A DNA stretch of 64,000 nt from contig MU054323.1 in NCBI GenBank assembly GCA_013239625.1, positions 11,367,815 through 11,431,814 of the forward strand, given 5' to 3'. This DNA comes from Lama guanicoe. Taxonomy: Eukaryota. Shown here piece after piece: positions 1 to 13,060 of this stretch (position 1 is its first letter; the number at the start of each line of letters is the position of its first letter). The position numbers and the translations under genes were made by a program. Under the pieces are notes generated by a model. It saw nothing but the letters and a program-made list of their open reading frames with translations. It was not told the DNA's origin and did no database searches.

Positions 1-420
1 ATGATTGGCTCTTGTAGCCAGTGGACTTGTGTTCATAGGTTCAGTGGGACAGTAGCAAACAAAGAAACAATTCTTAACCAACCGTCACTGTAGGACTCAG
101 TGTGGAGGGAGCGGACAGAAAAGCCCATGTCCAAGTCTTCCCTTAAAAGAGGTATATTTGCATTCTTTAAAAGCTGCTGCCCGAGGTTCTGACTTCCAGT
201 AAGCCTGAATCAAGGTGCTGAGATCTTCCCCAACAGCACACTCTCAACTACGGAGAGCCCCTAAGAATAAAGTAGGCTGCTTAGACAATCCTAGAAGTTT
301 AAGAGATAACTAAGGGTTGAATGATAAGGTTCATCTCCTGCAGGAAGGCACTCCTTCAAGACTGGGAGAGGCGGGTGTTTTATCTAATGCATAAAAAAAA
401 CCAACACAGAGTCAAGGAAA

Positions 421-1315
421 ATGAAGAAATAAATGTATATTCCAAATGAAAGAACAAAGTAAAACCTTGGGGAAAGACCTTAATGAAACAGAGATGAGTG
501 ATCTACCTGATAAAAGAGTTCAAAATAACAGTCTTAAAGATGCTCACTGAACTCAGGAGAACGATGCATGAGCATAGCGAGAAGTTTAACAAAGAGATAG
601 AAAATACAGGAATGTACCACACAGAAGTCACAGAGCCGAAGAATACAATAACTGAACTGAAAAATATAATAAAAGGGTGTAACAGATTTGATGAAGTAGT
701 AGAAAGGATCAGTGAACTCAAAGACAGGGTGGTGGAACGTATCCCACCAGAGCAGCAAGCAGAGAAAATGAAAAAGAGTGAAGATAATGTAAGAGAATTA
801 TGGGACAACATCAAGTGGTCTACCATTTATATTATAGGGGTCCCAGAAGGAGAAGAGAAAAAGAAAGGGGCAGAAAATACATTTGAAGAAACAGTGGCTA
901 AAAACTGCCTCAGCCTGCAAAGGAAACAGATACCCAGATTCAGGAAGCCCAGAGAGTTCCAAGTAAGATGAACTTAAAGAGACTCACACCAAGACACATA
1001 ATTACAGTCTCAAAACTTAAAGATATGGAAAGAATTTTAAAGGCAGCAAAAGAAAAACAACTTGTTACATACAAGGGAACCCCCGTAAGACTATCAGCAT
1101 ATTTTTCAGCAGAAACTTTGCAGACCAGAAGGGAGTATTATGCTACATTTCAAATGCTGAAAGAAAAAAAACCTGCTAATCAAGAAAACTGTACCTGGCA
1201 GAGTTGCCCTTCAGAATTGAAGGAAGAGAGTTTTCTGGACAAGCAAAAGCTCAAGGAGTTCATCACTTCTAGTCTGGCCTTACAAAGAAATGTTAAATGG
1301 ACTTCTTTAAGCTGA
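421..1315 (+). pseudogene. L1 ORF1p remnant (coiled coil, RRM, CTD), frameshifted
   Basis: Track ORFs 498..971 (…RELWDNIKWSTIYIIGVPEGEE…) and 968..1315 (…TPRHII…ERILKAAKEKQLVTYKGTPVRLSAYFSAETLQ…) are typical ORF1p segments. The probable original ATG is at 421. Confidence 0.9.
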
Positions 1316-1786
1316 AATGAAAAGGTGCTAATTAATACCCAGAAACATATGAAAGTATAAATCCTTGGTAAAGGTAAATGTATAGTAAAATTCAGAATAG
1401 TCTAATGTTGTAAAGGTTCTGGGTTAATCACTGCTAAATCTAGAATGAAGTTTAAAAGACCAAAGTATTAAAAATAAGTATAATTTTAAAGGGATGCAGA
1501 AGCTAAAAATATATAAATTGTGACCTCAAAAACATAAACCATGGGAGAGCAGTAAAAATGTACAGCTTTAGAATGTGTTCCAATGTAAGTTATCAACTTA
1601 AAATAGACTGTTACAAATATACTTTGTTACTTGTTACAAACCAAAAAACTGTGGTGGATGCACAAATGATAGAGAAATAGGAATCTAACCACACTACTAC
1701 AGATATCATCAAATCACAAAGGAAGTGAGCAAGAGAAGAAAAAAGGAACAAAAGAATTACAAAAGAGCCACAAAACAATTAACCAA

Positions 1787-4700
1787 ACGGCAGTATGTAC
1801 ATAGCTATCAAAATTACTTTAAATGTAAAATGGATCAAATTCTTCAATCAAAAGACATAGAGTGGCTGATGGATTAAAAAAAAAGATCTATATGGTACCT
1901 ACAAAAGACTTCCTTCCTATGTAAGGACGCACACAGACTGAAAGTAAGGAGAGGGAAAAAGATATTCTATGCAAATGGAAACCAAAAGAAAGCTGAGTTA
2001 GTCATGTTTAATAGCCAACAAAATAGACTTTAAGACGAAGTCTGTGATAAAAGACAAAAACAGTCATTATATAATGATGAAGGGGTCAGTCCAACAATAG
2101 GATATAACATATGTAAATATTCACCCACATAGGAGCACATAAATATATAAGCAAATATTAACAAACCTAAAGGAAGAAATAGCAATACAATAATAGTAGG
2201 GGACTTTTATATCCCACTTTCATCAATAGATGATCATCCACACAGAAAATCAATAAAGAAACATTGGCTTTAAGTCCATTTGGTCTAACGTGTAGTCTAA
2301 GAGACATATACAGAACATTTCATCCAAAAGCAACAAGATACACATTTTTCTCAGGTGCACATGGAACATTCTTTAGGATAGGTTATATGTTAGGCCTCGA
2401 AACAAGTTTCCTGAAAGTTAAGGAGATTGAAATCATGTCAAGGAATCTTTTCTAATCAGCGTTATGAAACTAGAAATCAATTCTAAGAAGAAAAACTGGA
2501 AAATACATATATGTGGAGATTAAACAACATACAACTGAACAACCAATGGGTCAAAGAAGGAATCAAAAGAGAAATCAAAAAATACCTTAAACAAATGGAA
2601 ATGGAAATACAACACACCAAAACTTATGAATACAGCAAAAGCAATTCTAAGAGGGGAGTTCATACTGATAAGATCTCAGTAAACAACCTATCTTTACAAC
2701 TCAGGGAACTAGAAAAAGAAGAACAAGTGAAGCTCAAAGTTAGAAGAAAGGACATGACTAAAAAGGGAATAGAAAAGATCAGTGAAACTAAGTTGGGTTT
2801 TTTTTTTTTAAAGGCTAAACAAAATTGACAAACCTTTAGCTAGACTCACCAAGAAACAGAGGACACGAATAAATAAATCAGAAATTAAAGAGGAGATGTA
2901 CAGCTGATACCACAGAAATATAAAGAATCACAAGAGACTAATGTGAACAATTATATACCAATAAATTGGACAATCTAAAAGAAATGGATAAATTCCTAAA
3001 CATACAACCTAGCAAGACAGAATCATGAATAAATAGAAAGTCTGAACAGACCCATTACTAGTAAGGAGATTGAATCAGTAATCATAAACCTCCCAACAAA
3101 CAAAAGTCCAGGACCAGATGGCTTCAGTGGTGAATTCTTCCCCACATTTAAAGAAGTGATACTAATCCTTCTCAAACTCTTCCAAAAGATACAAGAGGAG
3201 GGAACACTTCTAGAATCACTTTATGAGGCCAGCATTACCCTGATATCAAAACCAGACAAAGATGCCATGAGAAGAGAAAATTACAGATCAATATTTCTGA
3301 TGAACATAGATGCAAAAATCCTTAACAAAATGTTAGTAAACCAAGTTCAGCAATACATTAAGAGGATGATACTCTGATCAAGTGGGATTTATCCTAGGGA
3401 TGCAAAGAATTTCAACATCTGCAAATCAATCAGTGAGATATACTGCACTGACAAAATGAAGGATTAAAAACTATATGATCATTTCAAACAGATGCAACAA
3501 TAACAAATTTAACATCCATTAATGATTGAAACTTTCAACAAAGTAGGTATAGAGGGAATGTATTTCAACCTATTACAGGTCACATATGACAAGCCCACAG
3601 CTAATATCAGACTTAATGGTGATGAAAAGCTGAAAACATTCCCTCTAAGATCAGGAACAAGACAAGGATGCCCACTCTCGCTACTCTTATTCAATGTAAT
3701 ATTGGAAGTCCTAGCCAGAGCAATTAGGCAAAAATAGATAGACAGCATCCAAACTGGGGAAAAAAAGAAGTAAAACTGTCAGTATTTGCAGATGACATGA
3801 CATTATATATATAGAAAATCCCGAAGACTCCAGCAAAAAAACTGTTAGAACTAATAAATGAATTCAGTAAAGTTGCACAATACAAAATTAATATACAAAA
3901 ATCTGTTACATTGCCATGTACTAATAACAAATATTATTAGAAAGAGAAATTAAGAAAACAGTCCCACTTATAGTTGCATCAAAGAGAATAAGATAGGAAT
4001 AAATTTAACAGAGGAGGTGAAATACTTGTGCCTTGAAAACTACAATATTGATGAAAGAATCTTAAGAGACAAATGAAAGATATTCTGTGCTTATGCACTG
4101 CAAGAATTAATACTGTTTAAAAGTCCATATTATCCAAAGCAATCTATAGATCCAATGCAATCCCTATCAAAATTCCAATGGCATTTTTCTATAGAAATAG
4201 AACAAACAGCCCTAAAGTTTGTATGAAATCACAAAGACTTGGAATAGCTGAAGCAATCTTCAAAATGAACAAGCTAGAGGTATAATGCTTCCTGATTTCA
4301 AACTGTATTAGAAAACTATAGTATCAAAACAGTATGGCATTGGCATAAAAACAGACACATAGATCAATACAACAGAATAGAGAGCTCAGAAATAAACCCA
4401 CATTTTAATTTATGACAAAGGAGCCAACAGTATACAATGAAGAAGGAACAGTCTTTTCAATAAGTGGTGTTGGGGAAACTGGACCACTATCTTACACCAT
4501 ATACAAAAGTTAACTCAAAATAGATTAAAGATTTGAACATAAGACCTGAAATCTTAAGAATCCTAGAATAAAGAAATACATGGCAAGTCCTTGATACTGG
4601 CCTTGGTGATTTTTTGGATTTGATACTAAAAGCAAAGGAAACAAAAGCAAAGATAAATGCACACTGAAAAACTTCTGAACAACAAAGAAACCTATCAACA

Positions 4701-5420
4701 ACATGAAAAGGCAGCCTATGGAATGGGAGAAAATATTCACAAATCATGTATTTGACAAGGAGTTAATATCCAAAATATATAAAGAACTCATACAACTCAT
4801 TAGAAGAATAACAAACAAGTCAATTTAAAAATGGGCAGAAGATCTAAATGGACGTTTTCAAAGATGATGTACACATGGCCAGCAGGTATATGAAAAGGTG
4901 CGCAACATCACTAATCATCAGGGAAATGCATACCAAACCCATGAGATACCACATCACACCTGTTAGGATGGCTGCTGTGAAAAAGCTGAGAAATAACAAG
5001 TGTTGGTGAGGTATAGAGAAAAGGGAACCGTTGTGGGTGGGAATGTACATTGGTGCATCTGCTGTGGAAAACAGTATGAAGGTTCCTCAAAAAAAAAAAA
5101 ATAGAACTACCATATGATCCAGCAATTCTACTTCTAGGTATTTATTGGAAGAAAATAAAAATACTAACTTGAAAAGATACCTGCACCCTCATGTTCCTTA
5201 CAGCATTAATAGCTTAAGACATGGAAACAACTTAAGTGTCCATCAGTGGATGAATGGATAAAGAAAATGGTAAATATATACAGTGGAGTATTACTCAGCT
5301 ATAAAAAAGGACATCCTGTAATTTTACCAATTTCAATGGACCTTGAGGGCATCATGCTAAGTGAAAAGTCAAATAGAGAAAAATAAATACCAGGTGATCT
5401 CACTTACATGTGGAGTCCCC
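1787..5420 (+). pseudogene. L1 ORF2p remnant (endonuclease, reverse transcriptase, C-terminal domain)
   Basis: The start codon has decayed to ACG at 1787, ahead of the ITLNV-like endonuclease start. RT segments are [30 protein letters not shown] and VFADDM (about 3782-3799). There are many disabling lesions. Confidence 0.92.
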
Positions 5421-5873
5421 ACAAAAAGTTAAAATAAAACAACACAAAACCAAACATACTGAACTCAATAGATATAGAGAACAGATGGTGATTGTCAGAG
5501 GCCAGGGTTTGTGGTTGGGCAAAATGAGTGAAGTTGATCAAAAGGCACAAACTTTCAGTTATAAAATAAGCAGGTCATGGGGGTGTAGTGTACAGCATGG
5601 TGACTATAATTAATAATACTCTATTGTATATGTGAAAGTTGCTGGGAGTAGATCTTAAAATTCTCATCGTAAGAAAAAAAATTGTAACTGTCGTGATGGA
5701 TGTTAACTTAGACATACTGTGGTCATTTTGTGACAAAAAACTTTGTAATTGTGTCTTGTGATGGATGTTAGACATATTATGGTCATCATTTCATTCCATA
5801 TACATATGTGGAATCATTTTGTTGTATACCTAAATATAATGTTATGCATCAATTACATCTCAATTTTGAAAAA

Positions 5874-5915
5874 GTACTACAGCTTTATTGGGTGGTTGTG
5901 AGGATTAAATTAAAT
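5874..5915 (+). mobile_element. MIR core fragment abutting the L1 3' end
   Basis: gggtggttgtgaggattaaat matches the MIR core. Confidence 0.45.
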
Positions 5916-7544
5916 GCCAGTAGTGTTATTTGCTGCTGCCTGTTATTTCTGTAGTTCCATTTGGAAGATCTACTCTCCCACCTTTTGCCTTTCAGAGATA
6001 CATATTAGACCTCTGGTTTTCCTCGTGTCTCACAGACCCATATTCTCTTTCTCTGACCACCTAATTTTTACTTTCTCCTACTTTGCACTGGTATAGTCAT
6101 TTTAATCATTGTTAAATTGTCTCCTTTTGTCTTGAGTTCCTATGTAGCTTTCCCATTTTCTTTTCCCGCAAGTTATAAGCTTCTTACAGTGTCTTCCACA
6201 TTATAGACTCTTAAGTTTGAAGACTTGATAGGATTTCATGAAAATGCAAACCATAAAATGAGAACAGATTTTGAATTGGAGAATAAGACCGATTTTAAAA
6301 CCTCTAAAGTGAATAAGTGCAAAGTAAATTAAGCAAGGCAGAGGTGTAGGCAAGAAAAATGTAGTGTGTCTGCAAATGGGTATATTAAAGTCTGAGTCTG
6401 CAGGGGAAATGAAGGAAGAGAAAAGAATGGATGCGTCTTAGTAGTCAGCACTGCCCTGCTTCAGCCTATACTAGGCTTAGCTTGTTGATAATTTGGCATG
6501 ACCTCAGGGAGTATTTAATGTTGCTATCTCTAATTATTTCTAAATAAATACTTGCTTATCAGATGTTTGGAATATAATTATCTGGTTCTTGTAGTTCATT
6601 TATGAATGACTAAAGGGAAATAGTATTTTATATCTACAGTGCCTGTTTGGAGAATGGACGAGAATTTAGAATTTGAAAGTTTCTTCTTAAAGTATAAAAG
6701 CAACAGACTTACGTAACAGGCTAGGAAAGAAACCATTAAAAGTGTTTAGATTCCAGTTCAAATTATAAGTTTTGTTAAGCTAACTAAACTGCAGAGTTTG
6801 CGAAGATACATGAAATTAGATTTTAAGAGAAAAATGTCTGATAGTTAGACATCAGCTATTTCTAATGGTGGTACACATAAAGATTTTTATTTTTAGCCAA
6901 CTTTGTAACCACTTAGTAACAACAAAGGAGATACTAAACTCAGAGGTGCCATCCAATTTGTGGACCCTGGTTTTATTTAAACAAATTTCATGCTACTCTC
7001 CTGTTTTACAACTCAGAAGGATGAGATGAATACATTTCTAGATTGAAGACAACTCTCCAGAAGGCTCAGTCTCACTAACACTTTACCCCTGCCGGTTTCT
7101 TTGGTATACTCAAGGCATCAATTTTATTACCTACATTAGGGTAAGTGAGCCTAGTCACCCTGAGTAACAACTGCTTGGGACTTCCTGGAAGGAATCTCTA
7201 TAGTAAATATATTCGAAGCTCCCTCTCTGACCCTTTCTTCAAAGGGGGCTTCTAGTCAAGGATTCCTAGCTACTTAATGATTAAACTATAGTTGGTACTC
7301 TTACAGCAAATTTTCTTGTCACCTAGCCACAAGAGATAAGTTTATTGCTTCCTACTGAATCTAAGTCACAGAAGCTTTCACAGCAGCCTTCTTCCCTGTG
7401 TTGTTGTATTTATTACTAAATACCCAAAGGTCAGAGAGGATGCTTCACTACTTCTAACAGTGAATCCCTGTGATATACACATCCCATGACAGAGGATGAA
7501 AATATTTCATATTGCCTTTCTCGGCCTATCAGCCAGTCCCACCA

Positions 7545-7790
7545 AAGGGACGTAACAGGGAGGCTCTGGGAAAGACTTTGCTCCTTAATAAGAGAAGTTC
7601 ATGAAGGGATGATGCCATGCCACTCCTTTCCTGCTTTGAGGCATTACTGTGAGAGCACATCATACTTGGAGCTGCTGCAGCCATCTTGCATTAAAGAGGA
7701 TGGCAGAACAGAATGTGAGAACCTGACTTCTGAATCAGCCTTGGGGTCAGACTTTATATTATGTGAGACATATCAACCCGGAGTGTTTAC
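7545..7790 (+). mobile_element. Old MaLR LTR fragment (MLT1I/J-like)
   Basis: ggagctgctgcagccatcttg…gaggatggcagaacagaatgtgagaacctg…ttatgtgagac resembles the MLT1I/J consensus. Confidence 0.6.
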
Positions 7791-8043
7791 ATGAGACTGA
7801 TTCACTCATTCAGTAAATTTCACTAAATGCTTATCATGAATTAAGATTTCTGTGAAAACTGTCAAATGAAATATAGACAGTATATTAAAATATTTTAGTT
7901 CTGTGACTAGATACCACATATAACTCTGTGTATTTTCAGGTACTTAACACATGAGTTTCATCTTAGCTGTTCTACTGCTAGTTGAAAAGTAAGTTCTTGA
8001 ATTGTTGATTTTATAGCTTCAGTTGCCAGAGTTGTTTTGATCA

Positions 8044-8067
8044 TTTTTTTTTTTTTTTTTTTTTTTT
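8044..8067. repeat. poly(T) tract
   Basis: About 24 consecutive T. Confidence 0.9.
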
Positions 8068-9164
8068 GCTGGGGAGGAAGGGAAATCCATTGAAGCTCTT
8101 ATTTTGACCATGTTAGCTGACTTCTTAACAAAGCTCAAGCCCCCAAGCTGTGCGGAAGTTGATAGAGTCTTTGGGAAAATAGTTCTGGACTTTAAGGTTA
8201 TCCATTCAGTTACTTACTGAAGTTAATACAGCTGGTTATCCAAACTGGATATCCCATTGATGTGTACCATCTCCAGCACCTCAGTTAGTTAGTTGTACTG
8301 CTTCAGGCTGTGAGGCATCCCCAGAAGTGAGCTCTGAAGCATATTTCGACTGTAGGCCTTTCAGTGTCCTCAGGTCTACTGAAAAGTAAGGAATTTCTTT
8401 GCCTAAATAAGTAGATTTTAAAAACTATCTTAAATGAATGCTTTTATGAAAACAGGGTGATTTTAGGAGAAAGCAGTAAACAAATTTGGGGAGACCTTTA
8501 GGGTTTTCAATCTGCTTCACATTTAGTAGAGAAGCACAAATAAAGTCAATTTGAAATGATCAATTTGAGCCAGCTCCGAGAAGGATGCTTCACAATAACA
8601 GTAAAATGATAGGAGAGATGGCTCCAATGTACTTTATGGTTGGTTTTTTTTTTTTTTGACCTTAATTTCAATAGATAACTTGACTCGAGTGCCTTCAGTT
8701 GTCCTTTCACCCATGGCTAAGTGAGGTACCTGTAAATTGTGATGGTATTTGCAATACTGGGGGGAAGTGAATTAGCTGTTGTACTTATTATATATGTCAT
8801 TATTAGGGGAGTTTACAAAAACCTATTGACCTGTTTTCTTATTTAGTCCTTATATATCTTACAGAATGTATTTTCCTAATGCTTGTAGTCAGATATTTCT
8901 GAGTGCTGCACCATTGTGTAATGAATACCAGGCAGGGAGATATCATGTAGCCAAGATTTAAAAATGTTCTCCCACAATAAAAATAATACCCAAACTGTAT
9001 CTTAAAAATGTTGTTACTGATAATCTTCAACTATTACAATCAAGTAAATGGCATAGTAAGTGAATCCCAAGTAAGAACACGTAGGTCTTCAAATTTAGAC
9101 TGCAAAGTAGCTATTACTCGTATTTTTTAACTAAACAGAAGTTTATGCTGACACTGGATGTTCT

Positions 9165-10720
9165 TAAATACCTTTTTATACCGAATAATTTTCAATGTAT
9201 TGAAAATGTGCAAAGATAGTACAGAAAATTTCCCTGTTTTCACCCATCGTCCCCTGATGTTCACATCTTCCCCAGCCATGGGACATTTGTCAAAATAAGA
9301 GATTAACATGCCTCATTCAGATTTCACCAGTGTTTCCACTAAGGTCCTTTTCCTGTTCTGGTGTTCAGTTGAGGATCCCATGTTTCTTTTAGTCACCACA
9401 TGGGTCTCCTTAAGTCTTCCTCCATTCTGTGGCAGTCTGTCTTTATTTCAGTGCTTTTGAAGAGAATTGGTTGACTATTTTGTAGAATATCCCTCATTTT
9501 GAGTTTGTCTCGCATTTGTTTTTTATGACATTTCCTCATGCTTAGTTGGGGATTATAGTTTTGGGGGAAAGCACCACAAATGTGAAGTGCCTTTCTCATC
9601 TCATCAGGAAGGTTCATGATAGCAACCTGGCTCATTATTGGTAATCATTTGGTTAAGATGATGTCTGCCAGGATTCTCCACCACAAAGTTAATGTTTTCT
9701 CCTCTCTCAGTGTATTTTATCCACTAAGAACAGTCTGTATACAAGGGCTTGGGGTTGGGGGGTAGGTGGAATTAAGCTTTACCTCCTGGAGAGGGGAGTA
9801 TTTCCCTATTTCATTTGCAATTCTATAAAGATTTGTCCCTTCTCATTTATTTATCCAATTATTTAATTATGCCAATATGAACTGTCAATATTTATTTTAT
9901 TCTTTGGATTATAATCTAGTACTACTGTTATTTATTTTATTGCTGAAATTGTCCCAGCTTTGGCCATTGGGGGTTTTTGCAGGTTGGCTCTTAGGTCCTT
10001 TTGGGTCCCCATTTTCATATTTGTTTTGTTTTGTTTTGTTGTTGTTGTTGTTCAATGATTCTTATTTTTCTGGTGGTACAAGATCCTTGTATTTTTTTCC
10101 TGTCCCATCCCTAGACCTAGCATTTCTCTGAGGAACCCTAAGTTCCTTTGATTAAAGAAAGGCATTAGACTAAGATCTGGCCACTGATTATACTTGGTAT
10201 TAGTTTCCTGTTACTGCTTGTACCATGAATGGAGTGGCTTAAACAACACATATTTATTATTTCACAGTTCTGGAGGTCAGAAGCCTGATGTGGGTCTCAC
10301 TGGGCTAACATCAAGGCATCAGCAGTACCAGATCCTTTCTGTAGGCTCTGTGTAGAGTCTGTCCTTGATGTTTCCAGTTTCTATTGGATGCCCACATTCC
10401 TTGGCTCCTGGCCCCCTTCCTCCATCTTTAAGGCCAGTAAGGACCAGTCAAGTCCTTCTCACAGTGCTTCATTCTGAGTCTTTTCTTGCCTCCCTCTTCC
10501 ACTTTTAAAGACCTCTGTGATTACATTGGTCCCACCAGGCTAATCCAGGATAATCTCCTTATCTTAAATTCGGCTGATTAGCAGCTTTAACTCCTCTTTG
10601 CTATGTAACATATTCACAGTTCTGGGAATTAGGTGTGGTATCTTTTGTGGGGGACATTATTCTGCCAGCCACATGCTAGCTGCTACTGGCTCTCTCAGTG
10701 TATAGAGCTGGTAATATACT
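9165..10720 (-). mobile_element. Ancient L1MC-like 3'UTR, interrupted by an MLT1 LTR at 10196-10673
   Basis: aaagatagtacagaaaatttccc…cagatttcaccagtgtttccactaaggtcc…cattagactaagatctgg. It resumes after the LTR with tgctactggctctctcagtgtatagagct. Confidence 0.7.
10196..10673 (-). mobile_element. MaLR solo LTR (MLT1D-like)
   Basis: Starts ggtattagtttcctgttactgc, includes ggcttaaacaacacatatttattatttcacagttctggaggtcagaag, and ends attattctgccagccaca. Possible degenerate 5-bp TSD tactt/tgcta. Confidence 0.85.
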
Positions 10721-11767
10721 TAGGTTAGGAATCAGTTCTGCAACAGAAAAAGGTATCTCAGAAGGCACTTCATCTAGAAAATTGATTAAATAGCAAATCT
10801 CACGTGTTATAAAAGATAGGTTTTGGTCCTACAGTAGGGTGAATCTCCAAATTGTAATTATAACCAAGAAGCCTCATATTGCTAACCAAAAGCATCAATA
10901 AATAGACATTTTTCTTCAATATTAAGCAAGACTTTTTACTCGCTGCAGATAGATATGATCATCTCTTTGTGGAGTCTAATGAAATTTGCAGTAAGGGTGG
11001 TTATATCCTTTTTTTTTCTTTTGTGGTTTTTCAAATTTGACATTACATTTAGAATTCAGTTTGCTTTAGGATATTATTTAATTGCTTGCTCATATTTTAC
11101 ACTTTGATTTCTGTCTGTATTTTCAGCACATTTGAAACCTAATGATATAGGCATGCAACAAAAGGATTATTACAGGACAAAGTTATAAAATTGATTATCT
11201 GTCTCAATATTTTTAAAAGTCAGAGCTTCGTGGAAGTTAATTATCTTAGAGGAGGGATTTAGAGAGCATTACCTAATTTTAAATGTGAGTTCAAAGAAGA
11301 CAGAGCTTCTCTAACTTTGTGTAGCATTTAGCACCCTGACTGAGGTTGAAATTCTAAGAAATAGAACTTATTTGTTCTGGATTTACTTGTGTAACTGTTG
11401 CTGTGCACAACCACACACTCAGTAAATTTAGTTTTTGCTCATGACTGTTGTCATATGAGTCTATACAAAATTTGCATCTGTTCAGATTATCATTCATTTG
11501 CATTTAATAGAGGCCTATGGGTAACTTTTCCTTGGTTGCATCCACACTGTCTATTCAGGATTGAAAATATGCTGAAGAGAACAGTTTGTCTTATCTCTTC
11601 TACACTGCTTTTTGTTCCTGGTGTTGCATTCATAATCCCATAGTAGATAACATAATGAATTAATAAATACATAGAGAACAAAGATAAATTGGATTACTCT
11701 ATCTTGGAAGTTCAGTTTTGAGCATATTAGGTGAGTAGTATAGATATTTTTATGATTCCTTTAACTA

Positions 11768-11989
11768 CAGTTGACCCTTGAACAATACAGGTTTCAACTG
11801 CATGGGTCCACTTACATGTGGATTTTTTTTCAGTTAGGTATGTATTACAGTACTATACAATTTGTGGTTGGTTGAATCCACGAATACATAACCATGGATA
11901 CAGAGGGTATAACTATAAAGTTATAAGTGGATTTTCGACTATGCTGGGGGCAGGCACCCATAACCCCCGTGTTGATCAAGGGTCATTTG
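11768..11989. mobile_element. Non-autonomous Tc1/mariner-Tigger element (Tigger2a-like MITE)
   Basis: TIRs are CAGTTGACCCTTGAACAA and ttgatcaagggtcatttg (15/18 match). TA target duplications at 11766-11767 and 11990-11991. Confidence 0.9.
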
Positions 11990-13060
11990 TATATTCATCT
12001 ACAATAAAGTGGAAAAAGGAAGAAGAAAATGCTGAAAAGGGCTTTTTATGGAGAAAGAATGCATAATGTTAAAAATACACTCAAGTAAATAGTCCCCCCT
12101 CCCCCGCCGCTGCCAACTCTAAAACTTGACAAAAGAGAATTTAAGCCAAAGAAAACAAGGTTTTAAAATTATAGAATATCTTTGGACAATAGAGTATTCT
12201 CAGGGATTACTCCTGTCTGCTTGAGAAGGCCATGTTGAGCATGTAAATGGGGTTTTTTGAAAGAAGGAGCAGAGCCATGCCAGCATCCACAGAATCTATC
12301 TTTATAAACCTGCTAGACTCCCAGTCCTTGTCTGAGAAATTCAGGTGATAGACAGAATGTCCGCCAATGGAAAAAGTACGAAACAGGCAAGTTATACAGA
12401 CTAATTTCAAATGATATGATCAGCTGCACTGTGATTTATCAGTCCATAGGCTAATGAAATAAATGTCATAAAATTGTATGTTTGAGGATCTCAAGAATGT
12501 TCAGGAAATCAGGATATTGCTTTAAACATGAATAAAATGTGCACTGATGGAAGTGAAATGAGGAGAAAAAAAACCACATTCTTCCTGTGATTTTTATGAA
12601 AGGGAGAAAAACATTTACGCTAAAGGGAGTAAAAAACATTCAAAAGCACTAGTGATGTATAAATGGAACATGAGAAGGCAAAGTGCACTGGGAAGAAATC
12701 ATCGTATCTTCAGAGGAGAGATCCAAGAGGCTGACTGATTAAGTCATCCAAATGGGATTTCTGAAACATATACAAAATATTAGAAAAGTTTTATGTCACA
12801 GCCCCATGGGTCTTCCTGCTTTTCCCGTCTCCCACGGGAGCAACAGATATTCTTACTTGGAATGGAGAAATACACTCAACCTGTCTGTATTTTTCAGTCT
12901 AGAACATCCTTTACAGATATGAAGACAATACAGAATTAACATTGGAGGAAAATACACAGCTTTAAAGTGTGTCTAGGGATAAGACTCTCTGAGGAACAGC
13001 TAATCTTCTGAGGAGAATTTATACTCTGTGTAACTAAGGGAGAGTCAAGTACATATTGCG

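Larger units (their letters stand above)
1..5873 (+). mobile_element. Near-full-length decayed LINE-1 (L1MA-like): 5'UTR part, ORF1, inter-ORF spacer, ORF2, 3'UTR
   Basis: ORF1 and ORF2 peptide fragments occur in order. The 3'UTR ends ...atgttatgcatcaattacatctcaattttgaaaaa. There are many stops and frameshifts, and the 5' end runs off the window. Confidence 0.95.

Noticed and set aside
498..1315. Two ORFs overlapping at ATGA (968-971), resembling translational coupling
   Set aside because: Both are consecutive pieces of one L1 ORF1 broken by frameshifts, so the overlap is incidental.
8044..8400. poly(T) tract as the tail of an antisense retrocopy
   Set aside because: I found no properly placed AATAAA, TSD or recognisable coding sequence.
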